A DNA stretch of 64,000 bases from Candidatus Woesearchaeota archaeon (GCA_018302705.1 JAGVZI010000020.1:1081-65080), one strand, 5' to 3'. Counted from the stretch's first letter, positions 26,911-38,469 are shown. Translations and numbers: made by a program. The notes: generated by a model not told the origin, from the sequence alone.

Positions 26911-27330
26911 ATGAGTTTAGTATCAAAATTAAAAACAACTGGCAAAGTAATAGCCCATCCATTAATGGGAGTTTTACCTGAACAAGAATGGTTGGGCAAG
27001 AGAGTTTCTTGGTACAACCATTATTATGCCGTGGCTTCCAATGCTGTGCCAGAAATCTTAACAGGATTGGTAATGTCTTCATTAAATCAAAGCGAAGAAA
27101 GTTTGATGTTGGGATTATACCTCGGGGTAGAAGGTGCAACAAGGCTCTCACAATTAAGAGGGGATCCAATTAACCTCTTCATAGGATGGAGCAAACCAAG
27201 AGGATCCTATGTTTTAGAAGTGCCTTGGGGTTTAGCAAAGAGAACAAGTCTGGCAATTTATAGCTTATCGCAAGATATAGCTAATTACTATAACGGAGAT
27301 AATAGAACTTTAAAAGTTGATAAATCCTAG
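26911..27330 (+). CDS. Hypothetical protein
   Basis: 139-aa ORF in an intergenic position, no recognisable motifs. Confidence 0.3.
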   Translation: MSLVSKLKTTGKVIAHPLMGVLPEQEWLGKRVSWYNHYYAVASNAVPEILTGLVMSSLNQSEESLMLGLYLGVEGATRLSQLRGDPINLFIGWSKPRGSYVLEVPWGLAKRTSLAIYSLSQDIANYYNGDNRTLKVDKS

Positions 27331-30300
27331 AACCACTTCCCCAAACCCATCTGTTTCTCTTTTTCTTGTAAAAACACACTCTCGATCATGTTCTTAGTCA
27401 GCTCAAGTGTTTGCCTTAAGTAAACAGGAAGTTCATATTTATCAACCAAGCTCATGGCAGGCTCAACATATTTGACAATGCTTCCCTCTGCAATTGTAAA
27501 TATTATCCTTCCATGGCATTTGCTGCAAACACCTGCAAGAGGAACCCTTCTAAATTTCAGATTGCAATCAACGCACCTAAACTGCTGCTGGCTAAACTTT
27601 CTTAGATTTCCACGAATATCTCTCATGAAGTGTCTTTCAATTACGAGTCTTGCAACATCGTTTTCGTCAACAGCCCTTATTTTTTCAGCCAGGCTCATTT
27701 GTCCAAATACTTTTTCTTTCATCGTCGGTAATTTCTTGTAGCTGCTGCACAAAACACCCATATTAATATCACTAACCTCATGAGTAAATCCATAATCTTC
27801 ATATTGTTTCTCGGTTCCAAGCCTTTTATTGAGCTGGGGAATTCCTACTTCCCGAGCATCTTTAAATTTTTCAGCAGCCTCGTAAAATTCTAGGGGATAT
27901 CTCCATCCGACATCCATGTCAAACACCATATCATCCACTTCAGCAGGAATTAATCTTGTTGTCAAAACTAATGGAGCATCCTGCCTAGCACCCCTATGCC
28001 CGGGCAGTAATTTTCTGGAGAAATTCAGTAAAGCATCCATCAGCAAAACAACGCAGGCCTCGTCTCCATCGCAGTCTCTTCTCATAATTGAATGCAACAA
28101 TGGATGTGCTAAAAATCCCTGAAGTTTGCTAAACCCGATTATCCTGCAAACAACGCCGGCAGAAGTATGTGGGCTCATTGCCAACACTAAATGCCCGATC
28201 AGCTCTTTCTCATTCTTCAGTCCATAAAACCTCTCCACTCCATAAAATCTCTCTAATAAATTATCTACAAATCTGCTAACTCTAAATAAGACTTCATCAG
28301 CGCCGTCGTCAAAGCTACCATCGCAACTAGGCAAAATAATATCCTGCGGCATAATTTCAACTAGCTGATCTTCTGTTTTTAATTCATTTCCATTAACATC
28401 GTTTTCATACCCTAAAATTCTCAACCACTCAACACCAACCCCGATTTCTCTCGGCTTGAAATGGGTAATGCACATCTCAGTCATATCGTATCTGATTGTC
28501 CCGTCCCTGTTAACATACACATCCTCGGCAGCCCTCAAAATCCCTTTAGCTAGGTTCTCAGGAATATGCTCAGAATTGCTCGTCCCCCTCACACCTTTAA
28601 TCAAATCCGGATAATTTCGTAAATTTAGCCTCTGCAAAACATTTCTAAAATGCTCCTGCACATCTAGCTTCTCACTGCTATAATGTTTCAGCTCGCCATG
28701 TATTTCGCATCTTTCAGGATAATATTTCCTGCATTCATCACAATACCCGACCTTATTAGTTTTGCTCAAGCACTTCTCACATTCCGGATAGATTCTTCTC
28801 TCATTGCATTTCTCACAAAAATAAATGCTAAAATCTGATTTAATATATCCCTTCTCCAGCGCACTCTGCAGGCTTCTCATCTTCCCACCCTGTTCCCCGA
28901 CAGGGAAAAGACAATGCGGATTTCCAACTAATTTCCTTATCTTCCCCTTCTCAGGTCTGCCCATTCTGGCGCCGATATAAAAGCCGCTTTTATCCCTTAG
29001 ACTTACCAAACTTATTCTATTAACAGCATCGAGAACGTTTTCATTATTATCGGGATTCAATGATTTTAGCTTTTCGTCATCATCCAAAAACCCGAGGTTC
29101 GCAGCAAGTCCGATGGCATCGTCCTGCTCAATAAGGATATACTCATTATCGACGACAACATGCGGCAAACCAATCAGCTCCAAAGTTCTCTTGGGGTCCT
29201 CGACTAAATTCTCTTTTTCAAATGGGAGAATTATCTTCTCTATCTTATTATTATCCCTCTTGACGATCATTTTTTTAGAAAGCCAGTCAACTAATTTTGA
29301 AAATTCTTCATAGGTTATATCATTCCAATGATAGGTATATCTTGGATGCAGAGGAACCCCGAGGTTGATAGATAATTTAACAGCAGAATCTCCGCTCAAT
29401 TTCAAGTCCCCTTTAAATAATTTCTTTAGAACTTCCTTATCTATCTCCAACTCATCATTCAATTCAATCAAGCCCTTCCCCTTAACTTTGTTTTCAAATT
29501 CAAGCAGCCACCATTCCTCGCAATACCCTGGCTTAACTAGCTTGTGACCTCGATTAAAAAAATCACCATAATTGATTAAGATGTCTCCTAGGAATAAAAT
29601 CTCCTCCACGTCTTTAGCAAATTTTCTGGCATCCATCTCATTATCAAGGAATAAAACATTTCCATTTTTCAATTTGACAATCGGTCCCTCGATACTGTCG
29701 CAAACACTTAGTGTAGTTGATTTTCCAGGTCGTTCCATTTTCAGCTGCGTTCCATTTGCTATAAAGCCGTCAAGAACACCCATTGTGGCTGGATGCAATG
29801 AAGTGGAACTCAATCCGCTGATTCTGCTCCGGCCATATCTCAATCTTAACCCTCCTTTTCTCATGGGGTGCCCTAGGACAGGCCTTCCAGCAACGATGTC
29901 TTTTAAATAATTATAATCAGGTAAAATCTCGCCGCCGCCGCTTTTCTCTCCTTTGCTTCTGATTTTTTTTTGCAGCTCAACAAAATCCTCCATCCACTTC
30001 CAGTCTTTCATCTCAAAATCCTTATACCAGTTGCTAAACTTTTTCCAAAACTTTCCGCCCTTCTGTGTTAGTCCTTCGCCAATAACCAAACATATCCCGT
30101 TGCTCAAGTAATTGCTCGCAAATCTGTCTAGATCCTTGTAATTGCTAACATCAACTGTCTCGCTGGCATCTCCGCATATCTGCACAGGCAGATGTCTGAT
30201 CATGAACTCGATCTCCTCTTCGCTGGGAAAATATTGTAAGTTAGCAATCCTCTCGTGAAAATCTCTCAGCTCCATAACATATCTTTTAACTTCAATATCA

Positions 30301-30860
30301 TCTGCATCATATTCAGCATACCCCTTCTTCCTTCTTACATAATCAGCCAAAGCAACAAATACGCAAGTGGCTGTAGTTCCTGCGCTTCTTATCGGCCCAG
30401 AAAAAAATAGTGCAAAATACTCCTTTCCATTGTCTCTCCTTTTCTTAAGCTCTAGTCTAACAAACCCCTCGAGGGGAGATGCAACAACGCCAACAGTTAT
30501 ATACGCCAGTCCAACCCTCAATCCAACTTCCATCGCTTCTCTTGTGTCTTTAAATTTGCAAAATTTTTCCATTGCAGTCTCTTCAGCAACCTTAAATGCA
30601 ACCCTCCAGTCCTGCATCCCGAATTCATTCTCTAATTCCTGCAACCTTTCAGTCACTCCAGCATCCTTAATCTGTGGAGCAACAGTCCCTATCAATCCCT
30701 CTACCCTCTCTGCCATGTTCGCTGCCAGGATAATCTCGACATCGTCGCTAGGATCAAGTCCTTTTCCTCTCGCTGTTTTCGCTACATTATATGCCCTGCT
30801 AATCTCTTTCTCCAGAAGTTCAAAATAATTAACTATTTGTCTGCTTGCTTTCATCTCCAA
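27327..30860 (-). CDS. polC: DNA polymerase II (PolD) large subunit DP2
   Basis: 1177 aa, directly downstream of DP1 in the same orientation. Cys-cluster motifs. Confidence 0.85.
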   Translation of the reverse strand: MEMKASRQIVNYFELLEKEISRAYNVAKTARGKGLDPSDDVEIILAANMAERVEGLIGTVAPQIKDAGVTERLQELENEFGMQDWRVAFKVAEETAMEKFCKFKDTREAMEVGLRVGLAYITVGVVASPLEGFVRLELKKRRDNGKEYFALFFSGPIRSAGTTATCVFVALADYVRRKKGYAEYDADDIEVKRYVMELRDFHERIANLQYFPSEEEIEFMIRHLPVQICGDASETVDVSNYKDLDRFASNYLSNGICLVIGEGLTQKGGKFWKKFSNWYKDFEMKDWKWMEDFVELQKKIRSKGEKSGGGEILPDYNYLKDIVAGRPVLGHPMRKGGLRLRYGRSRISGLSSTSLHPATMGVLDGFIANGTQLKMERPGKSTTLSVCDSIEGPIVKLKNGNVLFLDNEMDARKFAKDVEEILFLGDILINYGDFFNRGHKLVKPGYCEEWWLLEFENKVKGKGLIELNDELEIDKEVLKKLFKGDLKLSGDSAVKLSINLGVPLHPRYTYHWNDITYEEFSKLVDWLSKKMIVKRDNNKIEKIILPFEKENLVEDPKRTLELIGLPHVVVDNEYILIEQDDAIGLAANLGFLDDDEKLKSLNPDNNENVLDAVNRISLVSLRDKSGFYIGARMGRPEKGKIRKLVGNPHCLFPVGEQGGKMRSLQSALEKGYIKSDFSIYFCEKCNERRIYPECEKCLSKTNKVGYCDECRKYYPERCEIHGELKHYSSEKLDVQEHFRNVLQRLNLRNYPDLIKGVRGTSNSEHIPENLAKGILRAAEDVYVNRDGTIRYDMTEMCITHFKPREIGVGVEWLRILGYENDVNGNELKTEDQLVEIMPQDIILPSCDGSFDDGADEVLFRVSRFVDNLLERFYGVERFYGLKNEKELIGHLVLAMSPHTSAGVVCRIIGFSKLQGFLAHPLLHSIMRRDCDGDEACVVLLMDALLNFSRKLLPGHRGARQDAPLVLTTRLIPAEVDDMVFDMDVGWRYPLEFYEAAEKFKDAREVGIPQLNKRLGTEKQYEDYGFTHEVSDINMGVLCSSYKKLPTMKEKVFGQMSLAEKIRAVDENDVARLVIERHFMRDIRGNLRKFSQQQFRCVDCNLKFRRVPLAGVCSKCHGRIIFTIAEGSIVKYVEPAMSLVDKYELPVYLRQTLELTKNMIESVFLQEKEKQMGLGKWF

Positions 30861-32430
30861 AGTACGTTATCTTGCTTTCCATTGTGTGTAGGTTGATTAT
30901 TATTGCTCTTGAAGGCTCAGGCTCAATCCCTCTTCTCTCCATATAATCTGTCTGGGAAGCCCAGCAGCCGCAATTTAGCATAACAACATTGTTATGATTG
31001 ACAACGCTGCATCTATGCACATGTCCGGAAATAAAAAAGTCGGGCACTTTATTTAGTATTAAATTATCTTTGCTTCCAGCAAGGTAGGAAGTAGAAGTGT
31101 GTGTAGGAGCCAAATGCCTTTTCTTCAATAGGAGTTTCATTATAAGATCTGCTCTAGTAACCCCCCCTTTTAATCTTATGTCGTCGACAGTATCAGCATA
31201 ATAAGTAAAGCTTCCTCCGTGATATATCAAAACATCAAAGCCGGAAAAATCTTTAGTAGCCCCGATATTGACCAGGGCAGGATTGCTCACAGAAAAAACA
31301 TTTTCCCTCTCCAAGAGGTCGCCGAGGAGCCCTTTGTCTAGAGGCGGCTGTGGTTCATCCAGTCTTACAGCATCATGATTCCCGGGGCACAAGATAATCT
31401 TAATTCTCTCGGGAATTCTCTTGAGCAGCTCATCTAATTTTCTGTATTGCTGATAATAATCTTTTATTTTTAGGTCGTTCTCTTGCCCAGGATAAACCCC
31501 GATGCCCTCGATTAAATCCCCGACAAGAAACAGATACTTTATTTTATCCACTATGCCGCCATTGCCGCCGTTTTCCAATTCCCCGACCCCATTCACCCAG
31601 TCTAAGAATCTGTTAAAATCCTCCTCCAAAAAATTCTTACTGCCAACATGCAGATCAGATATAAAGACAGCATATTCCTCAGCAGGGCTTTTCTTTAATT
31701 CTTTACCAACGGGAATGTCGGGGAAAAAAATTTTATTGGCAAAAACAAATCCGTTATCAATATTCCCGCTGATGCCGATAACCTCGTCCAGCACAATCTC
31801 CCTGGCAGCATCTCTCAATTCATTTTTGTTTCTATTAATCAGCACATTAATTTTCCCGCTCAAATCCTCGAGCTCAAGCAACAGGTTATTGTTCTTAGTT
31901 AATCTCTTATCATTAACGATCCCAATTAAAGCAACACTCTCCTTATTTTTATTGACAATCCTGCTAATAGAGGCTGCATCTTTCAGTTCAATCCTATTGC
32001 ATAAAATCTCTTTCAATATCCTGTATCTATTATTAAAAATGGCAACAAAATCCTCGACACCCACCTTCTTGGGTTTTTCATTATATGATTGTAAAACAAC
32101 AACTCCCCCCTCGCTATCCTCCCGTTCTAGAAAATTCTCGGCTTCCTTATTATTGAATTCAGTTCTTTCAAAAAGCACGTCCAAAAAAGCATTGTAATCA
32201 TCGGCTAATCTCTTTTTTTCAAATAACACCCGGGCATCATCAAAGCCTATCCAATTTAACTCCTTTTTCTTATCCTCCTCAATGCACCTCACTAAATCCT
32301 CGTTTATGACGACAACAGCCCCGCTCATATTCTCAACAAGGTTCTCTTTATCAATGAGATTTATCTTATCTAATAACTCGGGACTAATCAAAAACCCGCT
32401 GTCAGTAAAATATTTCAGCTCCTTGTTCAT
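30829..32430 (-). CDS. polB: DNA polymerase II (PolD) small subunit DP1 (calcineurin-like phosphoesterase)
   Basis: MPP motifs (LCPGNHD, GHVH). 533 aa, immediately downstream of orc1/cdc6. Confidence 0.85.
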   Translation of the reverse strand: MNKELKYFTDSGFLISPELLDKINLIDKENLVENMSGAVVVINEDLVRCIEEDKKKELNWIGFDDARVLFEKKRLADDYNAFLDVLFERTEFNNKEAENFLEREDSEGGVVVLQSYNEKPKKVGVEDFVAIFNNRYRILKEILCNRIELKDAASISRIVNKNKESVALIGIVNDKRLTKNNNLLLELEDLSGKINVLINRNKNELRDAAREIVLDEVIGISGNIDNGFVFANKIFFPDIPVGKELKKSPAEEYAVFISDLHVGSKNFLEEDFNRFLDWVNGVGELENGGNGGIVDKIKYLFLVGDLIEGIGVYPGQENDLKIKDYYQQYRKLDELLKRIPERIKIILCPGNHDAVRLDEPQPPLDKGLLGDLLERENVFSVSNPALVNIGATKDFSGFDVLIYHGGSFTYYADTVDDIRLKGGVTRADLIMKLLLKKRHLAPTHTSTSYLAGSKDNLILNKVPDFFISGHVHRCSVVNHNNVVMLNCGCWASQTDYMERRGIEPEPSRAIIINLHTMESKITYFGDESKQTNS

Positions 32431-32433
32431 CTT

Positions 32434-33657
32434 TCATATTCCCAGGCTGCCCTCTAAGGTTTTCTTGAGCTCGTCGACAGAACTATTTGGTATTGCAAGC
32501 GAAATCTCTCTGGTTCTTCCATATCTTCCCTTGCTGATAACCCTTGCATTAATTATTCCGAACATGTCAAGCTCGGCGATAATATCGCTTACTCTTCTCT
32601 GTGTTAGGGGTTTAAGCCCGCATAATTTGCACTTGTCCTTATACACATCATAAGCATCTCCAGTAAATGCTCTATCTTTCAAATCTAGATTAAATATACT
32701 GTACAAGACTATCTGCCCCTGCTTTGGCTGTGTCTTTACAATATCAACTACCCTGTCTCTTTCAATCTTCTCCTCTGCTTCATCCAAAAATTTTATCGTG
32801 ACTTTCGATTTATTTTTCCTCTCAGCTACCTCTCCAGCAACCCTTATTAATTCTAAAGCCCTTCTCGCATCACCATGCTCCCTTGCAGCATATGCAGCGC
32901 ATTTTTCAATCACTCCCTCTTCTATAACCTCTTTCTTGAAGGCAAGCTGCACCCTTTCTTTTAATATATCTTGCAACTGAACCGCGTTATAAGGCGGGAA
33001 TACCAGCTCTTCCTCGCTCAAGCTGCTCTTAACCCTAGGATCTAAATTATCAGCAAACACAAGATCATTGCTAATGCCTATAAAAGAAATCTCGGCTTTT
33101 TTCAATTCACTATTTATTCTGGTTAAATTATACAAGATTCCATCCCCCATCTTATGCACCAATTGATCAATCTCATCCAATATAAGAACAATCATCTTTT
33201 CATCTTCGTCAATTTTCTCAAGGAATACTTTATAGATTTCATCAGTCGGCAATCCTGTAGCAGGGACCTTGGCGCCAAAACTATTGGCAAGTTGAGCAAG
33301 TAATCTATACTCTGTATCCGCAACCCTTTTCATCTTGCAATTCAAATAAACAATTTGCAAGTTTATATTCTTCTTCCTGGCAGTTTTCATCAGCTGGTCC
33401 GCAACATACTGGCTAACAACTGTCTTGCCGGTTCCAGTCCTTCCATAAAGAAATATGTTGCTTGGCTTCTCCATCCTTAAAGCAGGCGCAAGTATCCCTG
33501 CAATCTGCTGAATCTGCTCATCCCTATGCGGTATAGTATCCGGAGTATAATTTCCTTGTAATGCTTTTTTATTGACAAAAAGTGGGTCTTTCCTCATATA
33601 ATTCTCAAAAAATCCGCTTAATTGCTTAGGTCTGCTTCCCATAAATTCTGAAAACAC
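32434..33657 (-). CDS. cdc6: Orc1/Cdc6 replication initiator
   Basis: AAA+ Walker A LYGRTGTGKT, C-terminal winged helix, 407 aa. Confidence 0.9.
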   Translation of the reverse strand: MFSEFMGSRPKQLSGFFENYMRKDPLFVNKKALQGNYTPDTIPHRDEQIQQIAGILAPALRMEKPSNIFLYGRTGTGKTVVSQYVADQLMKTARKKNINLQIVYLNCKMKRVADTEYRLLAQLANSFGAKVPATGLPTDEIYKVFLEKIDEDEKMIVLILDEIDQLVHKMGDGILYNLTRINSELKKAEISFIGISNDLVFADNLDPRVKSSLSEEELVFPPYNAVQLQDILKERVQLAFKKEVIEEGVIEKCAAYAAREHGDARRALELIRVAGEVAERKNKSKVTIKFLDEAEEKIERDRVVDIVKTQPKQGQIVLYSIFNLDLKDRAFTGDAYDVYKDKCKLCGLKPLTQRRVSDIIAELDMFGIINARVISKGRYGRTREISLAIPNSSVDELKKTLEGSLGI

Positions 33658-34187
33658 AACTTATATTTAAACAATTCTCCAAAAGAAGTCAGACCCACAC
33701 CTTTATTGCACATGCAACCTTCTTTGCGATTATTCTCGAGGTTGGCATATATCATTACTAAGCAGATGAAACCATCTTAGCTAAACAACTCATAAGTTAT
33801 AACACTGTAAAATATATATTAAATAAAATATAATAAAAGATATATATTATCTAAAACGGAAAACCTTAAAAATAAAATAAAAAATAGCGTCGATAAACCA
33901 TTTCTAAAATAAACTATTCTAATATAAATATAATTAAAACATTCTAGCAAAAACACAATTGTTAAATCAAACTAGTCCAAAATCAAATTTCCTCAGGAGG
34001 AACCCCAAAAAACACAAATAATAAGGCTTAAAATCAAGGAATTTTAGCAATAATCTCCATCGGCAATTGGGGTGTAGGGGTAACTATTATTTAACCCCCA
34101 TCTAACAAAAAGACAATAAAATCTAATTTCCATAACAATAATTACAAATAAGAAAAATTTATAAACAATCCTTAATTCTCATCACCA
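33658..34187. other. Candidate replication origin (oriC) adjacent to orc1/cdc6
   Basis: A 530-bp non-coding AT-rich stretch with a strongly AT-rich putative unwinding element (33800-33960). It contains a perfect palindrome TTCCTCAGGAGGAA followed by CCCC (33989-34006), and inverted G-strings (GGGGTGTAGGGG ... ACCCCC) at 34067-34100. Its position upstream of cdc6-DP1-DP2 matches Pyrococcus. Confidence 0.55.
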
Positions 34188-34451
34188 ATGCCAGAAGAAG
34201 ATAAAAAATACTCTAAGCAGTTACTAGGGAAAACAGTTGTAAGTAAGACAGGAAAGCGCTTCGGAGAAGTTGGTGATATTATATTTGAAACTCGCACAGG
34301 AGAATTAATCCAGATACTTCTTAAAAATCCAACAACGTACACAAGAGATTTAGAGCTGGAATCCACTAAAAATGGCGAGCTCCTTATTCCATTCTCAGCG
34401 GTCATAGCCATGGGAGATTTTGTTGTTGTGGCAGAAGAAGACATTATTTAA
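34188..34451 (+). CDS. PRC-barrel domain protein
   Basis: 87 aa, LLGKTVVSKTGKRFGEVGDIIFETRTGELIQILL. Confidence 0.5.
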   Translation: MPEEDKKYSKQLLGKTVVSKTGKRFGEVGDIIFETRTGELIQILLKNPTTYTRDLELESTKNGELLIPFSAVIAMGDFVVVAEEDII

Positions 34452-34545
34452 AAAATAAAAATCAATAAATTTTAAAACCTTATTTTCTATAATATTTAAC
34501 GATAGCTTTAAAATATAACTATAAAAATATAAGCTTCTAAAAAAC

Positions 34546-36426
34546 ATGCTAAACTTCAAAACAACAGCAGACCTGCAGATATCTAAAAAAATAGCAGAGC
34601 AGATCATCGGCCAGGATCAAGGTCTGCAATTAATTAAAAAAGCAGCCCAGCACCGTCGTCATGTGCTTTTAATAGGTCACTCAGGGACAGGAAAATCCCT
34701 TTTAGGTCAAGCCTTAGCAGAACTGCTTCCAACAAAAGGAGAATTGCAAGATATTCTCTGCTATCCAAATGAAAAAGACCCGAATAATCCAATAATAAAA
34801 ACATTCCCGGCAGAAGAAGGGGAAAAGACAATAGTCAAATTAAGAAACAGTCTGGAAAACAGCTTATCATCAAGGCGCTTTTATTTGCTAATTTTAGGCT
34901 CAACTTTTTTATTCTTCCTCGGCTATTTTTTATGGTCTGCATTTAAAACATCTCCCTATGGTCCGATAGCAATTGTCCAAGGGCTTTCAACAGTTATTTG
35001 GATTCTCTTCATCGGCTTCTTGTTATTGTCAAGAGCGCCAGGAATGTTAAAAACACTAACAGGTTTAGCAATGGTGCCAAAGCCATTAATAACGCATAAG
35101 AAAGACGACCCAGCGCCATTTATCGAAGCTACGGGTGCACATTCAGGAGCATTACTCGGCGATATACTTCACGACCCCTTGCAGTCTGGGGGTCTAGGCA
35201 CTCCCCCTCATGAAAGAATTGTGCCGGGAATGATCCACAGGGCTAACGGCGGGGTTTTATTTATTGATGAAATCGCAACACTATCCCCAAAATCCCAGCA
35301 AGAATTATTAACTGTTTTGCAAGAAAAAAAATATCCGATAACAGGGCAGTCAGAGCATTCATCTGGAGCAATGACCCGGACCCAGCCGGTCCCGTCTGAT
35401 TTTGTTTTAGTGGCAGCAGGCAATGAAGAAACAATAGCTAAAATGCATCCAGCCCTCCGTTCTAGAATCCGCGGTTATGGTTATGAGATCCATATAAATC
35501 ATCACATGGATGATAACTTAGAAAATCAATTAAAAATTGCGCAATTCATCGCTCAAGAAGTTATCAAAGACGGCAAGATTCCGCATTTTTCAAATGCAGC
35601 AGCAGAGGAGATAATTAATGAAGCAAAGCGCAGGTCAGGCACTTCAGGAAAATTAACGCTGCATTTGCGCGAGCTAGGCGGCTTAGTAAGGGCAGCAGGG
35701 GATTTAGCAAAAGAAGAAGGAAAAGGAATAACAGAAAGAACTCATGTAATCAGGGCAAAATTATTAGCTCGCCCCTTAGAGCAGCAATTGGCAGATAAAT
35801 ACATTGAGGAAAAGAAAAAATATGAAGTAATAATCACTAAAGGAAAGATCATTGGCAGAGTAAATGGGTTGGCAGTGATAGGCACAGAAACCTCGTTATC
35901 AGGAATTGTTCTTCCAATAGAATCAGAAATAACCCCCGGAGGCTCTCGAGGGACAGAGATTGTAGCAACAGGTCAGCTGGGGAAAATCGCAAAAGAGGCA
36001 GTCAAAAATGTTTCTGCAATTATCTTGAAGTATTTTGGCAAGGACTTAAAAGAAAAGCACGATATCTTTGTTCAATTTTTATATACTTACACAGGAGTAG
36101 AAGGGGATTCAGCATCAATAGCAGTAGCAACAGCAATAGTCTCAGCCTTCACAAAAGCCCCAGTAAAGCAAGATTATGCAATGACAGGTTCTTTATCAGT
36201 ACGTGGAGAAGTTCTGGCAGTTGGAGGAGTAACCCAAAAAGCAGAAGCAGCAATCGGAGCAGGCATCACTAATCTAATAATTCCAAAAGCAAATCTTAAT
36301 GATGTTATCTTGTCAGAGGAAAATAGAAAGAAAATAAAAATCATTCCAGTAGAAAGGATTGAAGAGGTTTTAAAAGAAGCATTGGACTGGAAAGGAAAAG
36401 AAAATATCTTGAAGAAATTAAAGTAA
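34546..36426 (+). CDS. lonB: Archaeal membrane-bound Lon protease (LonB)
   Basis: Walker A GHSGTGKS, a TM insertion inside the AAA+ domain, Ser-Lys dyad region GDSASIA. Confidence 0.9.
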   Translation: MLNFKTTADLQISKKIAEQIIGQDQGLQLIKKAAQHRRHVLLIGHSGTGKSLLGQALAELLPTKGELQDILCYPNEKDPNNPIIKTFPAEEGEKTIVKLRNSLENSLSSRRFYLLILGSTFLFFLGYFLWSAFKTSPYGPIAIVQGLSTVIWILFIGFLLLSRAPGMLKTLTGLAMVPKPLITHKKDDPAPFIEATGAHSGALLGDILHDPLQSGGLGTPPHERIVPGMIHRANGGVLFIDEIATLSPKSQQELLTVLQEKKYPITGQSEHSSGAMTRTQPVPSDFVLVAAGNEETIAKMHPALRSRIRGYGYEIHINHHMDDNLENQLKIAQFIAQEVIKDGKIPHFSNAAAEEIINEAKRRSGTSGKLTLHLRELGGLVRAAGDLAKEEGKGITERTHVIRAKLLARPLEQQLADKYIEEKKKYEVIITKGKIIGRVNGLAVIGTETSLSGIVLPIESEITPGGSRGTEIVATGQLGKIAKEAVKNVSAIILKYFGKDLKEKHDIFVQFLYTYTGVEGDSASIAVATAIVSAFTKAPVKQDYAMTGSLSVRGEVLAVGGVTQKAEAAIGAGITNLIIPKANLNDVILSEENRKKIKIIPVERIEEVLKEALDWKGKENILKKLK

Positions 36427-36431
36427 GGGTT

Positions 36432-36689
36432 TTATTTTTTGTTCCATATCTCAAATAACTCTCTGCTTATCTTCCACCTCTTTCTAATCCCTCTTGAATT
36501 TTTGCCAATTACTTCATCAACCCATCCAACATTTTTCATCTCAAGCAGCAGCTGTAATGTAAACTCCTTATCTCTCCTCAACTCTCTCGCAATTTCTTTG
36601 GTAAACATCCCTCTTCCAGAGTTTTCATAAAGAATGCTTAAAATATCCTCCTTCAGCAAATTTATTGTATTATTAGATAACCTTACCAT
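36432..36689 (-). CDS. Small winged-helix transcription regulator
   Basis: 85 aa, MFTKEIARELRRDKEFTLQLLLEMKNVGWVDE. Confidence 0.45.
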   Translation of the reverse strand: MVRLSNNTINLLKEDILSILYENSGRGMFTKEIARELRRDKEFTLQLLLEMKNVGWVDEVIGKNSRGIRKRWKISRELFEIWNKK

Positions 36690-36804
36690 AACCCCTTTAA
36701 AACAGACGTATATTTAAGTTTTGCTAAGTTAGGCGTTTAACCAAAATGTCCGGTTTTAACGGTTTTCAGCAATGTTTAATAATCACCTTTAATTTTCAAG
36801 GGCA

Positions 36805-38469
36805 ATGAAGACGCAAATAATTAATTTATTAAAAAAACATACAAAATTAAAAGAGGTAATTCTAGAAATCCCCCCCTCTCCAGAGCTAGGCGATTATGCA
36901 TTTCCCTGCTTTCAGTTAGCAAAGAAAGAAAAGAAAAACCCAGCAGAAATAGCAGCAAATTTAGCAGCAAAAATTAAACTAATAAAAGGGGTAGAAAAAG
37001 TTCAGCCAACAGGCCCCTACTTAAACTTCTTCCTCGACAAGAGCATTAACTCAGAATTTATTTTATCATCTATTTTAAAGCCAAAAAAGCCCAAGAGAGG
37101 TAAAAATAAAAAGAAAATTGTGATAGAGTCTCCAGGACCAAACACAAACAAACCCTTGCACCTCGGCCATCTAAGAAACATGGTTTTAGGAATCTCAATC
37201 AAAAATCTCCAGGAAGCAGCCGGAAATAAGGCAATTCTCGTTGACATTATCAATGACCGCGGGATTCATATAGCAAAATCAGTACTTGCATACAGCTTGT
37301 ATGGCAATAACAAAAAGCCGGATAAAAAGCCAGACCACTTCATCGGGGATTTCTATGTTTTATTCTCAAAAAAAGCAGCAGAAAATCCAGAGCTGGAAAA
37401 TGAAGCCCATAAGCTGCTGCAGAAATATGAGGCAAAAGACAAAGCAACTCTCTCTTTATTTAAAAGGATGAATGTATGGGCAATCCAAGGCTTTAATCAA
37501 ACCTACAAGAGGGTTGGTATTAAAATTCAGAAAGCATATTTGGAAAGCCAGAATTATGAAAGGGGGAGGGAAATCGTCCTTAATGGCTTGAAGAAAGGGG
37601 TATTTCAAAAAAACAAAGAAGGAAGTATCATAGTAAATCTAGAAGGAGAAGGCCTAGGTGAGAAAGTCCTTCTAAGGGCAGACGGCACCTCAATATACAT
37701 TACTCAGGATATTTACATAGCAATTAAGCGTTATAATGATTTTCACATGGACAAGATGCTTTACATCGTCGGCTCAGAGCAGATCTATCATTTCAAAGTA
37801 CTATTCAAAACACTGGAATTGCTGGGCTATAAGTTCGCAAGAAATTATTTCCACCTGCCTTACGGCATGGTTTATCTTCCCGAAGGAAAGATAAAGTCGA
37901 GGGAGGGGAAAATTGTCGACGCTGATTCTCTTCTTGATCAAATGCACACCCTAGCTGAAAAAGAAATCCGGAAGCGCTATAAAACTCTTTCAAAAAAGGA
38001 AATACAAAAAAGGTCAGAAATAATTGCCCAATCAGCAATAAAATTCTTCCTCTTAAAATATGATCCATTAAAAGATTTCACATTCTTTCCAGAGAAATCA
38101 ATCTCTTTCGAGGGAGACACGGGCCCATATATTCAGTATACATCCGCAAGGGCATCCTCAATACTAAGAAAGGCAAGAACATTCAAGCCAGCATTTAATT
38201 TCACAGAAGAGGTTGAGCAGAAAATAATAAATCACCTCTCGAGATTTCAAGAAACAGTAGGAGAGGCAGCAGGAAAATACTCCCCACATTTAATTGCCCA
38301 TTATTCCCTGGATCTAGCCCATCTATTCAATGAATTTTATCACAAGTATCCTGTCTTGACTGCAGAAAAAGCAATTAAAGAATCAAGGTTAACATTAGTA
38401 AAGGCAACAAATAACATCCTCAAGGCGTCTCTCGAATTGATGGGGATTAAGCCACTAGAAAAGATGTAA
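36805..38469 (+). CDS. argS: Arginyl-tRNA synthetase
   Basis: HIGH motif (PLHLGHLRN), DALR-type anticodon-binding C-terminus, 554 aa. Confidence 0.85.
   Translation: MKTQIINLLKKHTKLKEVILEIPPSPELGDYAFPCFQLAKKEKKNPAEIAANLAAKIKLIKGVEKVQPTGPYLNFFLDKSINSEFILSSILKPKKPKRGKNKKKIVIESPGPNTNKPLHLGHLRNMVLGISIKNLQEAAGNKAILVDIINDRGIHIAKSVLAYSLYGNNKKPDKKPDHFIGDFYVLFSKKAAENPELENEAHKLLQKYEAKDKATLSLFKRMNVWAIQGFNQTYKRVGIKIQKAYLESQNYERGREIVLNGLKKGVFQKNKEGSIIVNLEGEGLGEKVLLRADGTSIYITQDIYIAIKRYNDFHMDKMLYIVGSEQIYHFKVLFKTLELLGYKFARNYFHLPYGMVYLPEGKIKSREGKIVDADSLLDQMHTLAEKEIRKRYKTLSKKEIQKRSEIIAQSAIKFFLLKYDPLKDFTFFPEKSISFEGDTGPYIQYTSARASSILRKARTFKPAFNFTEEVEQKIINHLSRFQETVGEAAGKYSPHLIAHYSLDLAHLFNEFYHKYPVLTAEKAIKESRLTLVKATNNILKASLELMGIKPLEKM

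Noticed and set aside
31502-32197. 231-aa plus ORF inside the PolD DP1 gene
   Set aside because: Antisense to DP1 with its MPP motifs. Ser/Leu-rich low complexity.
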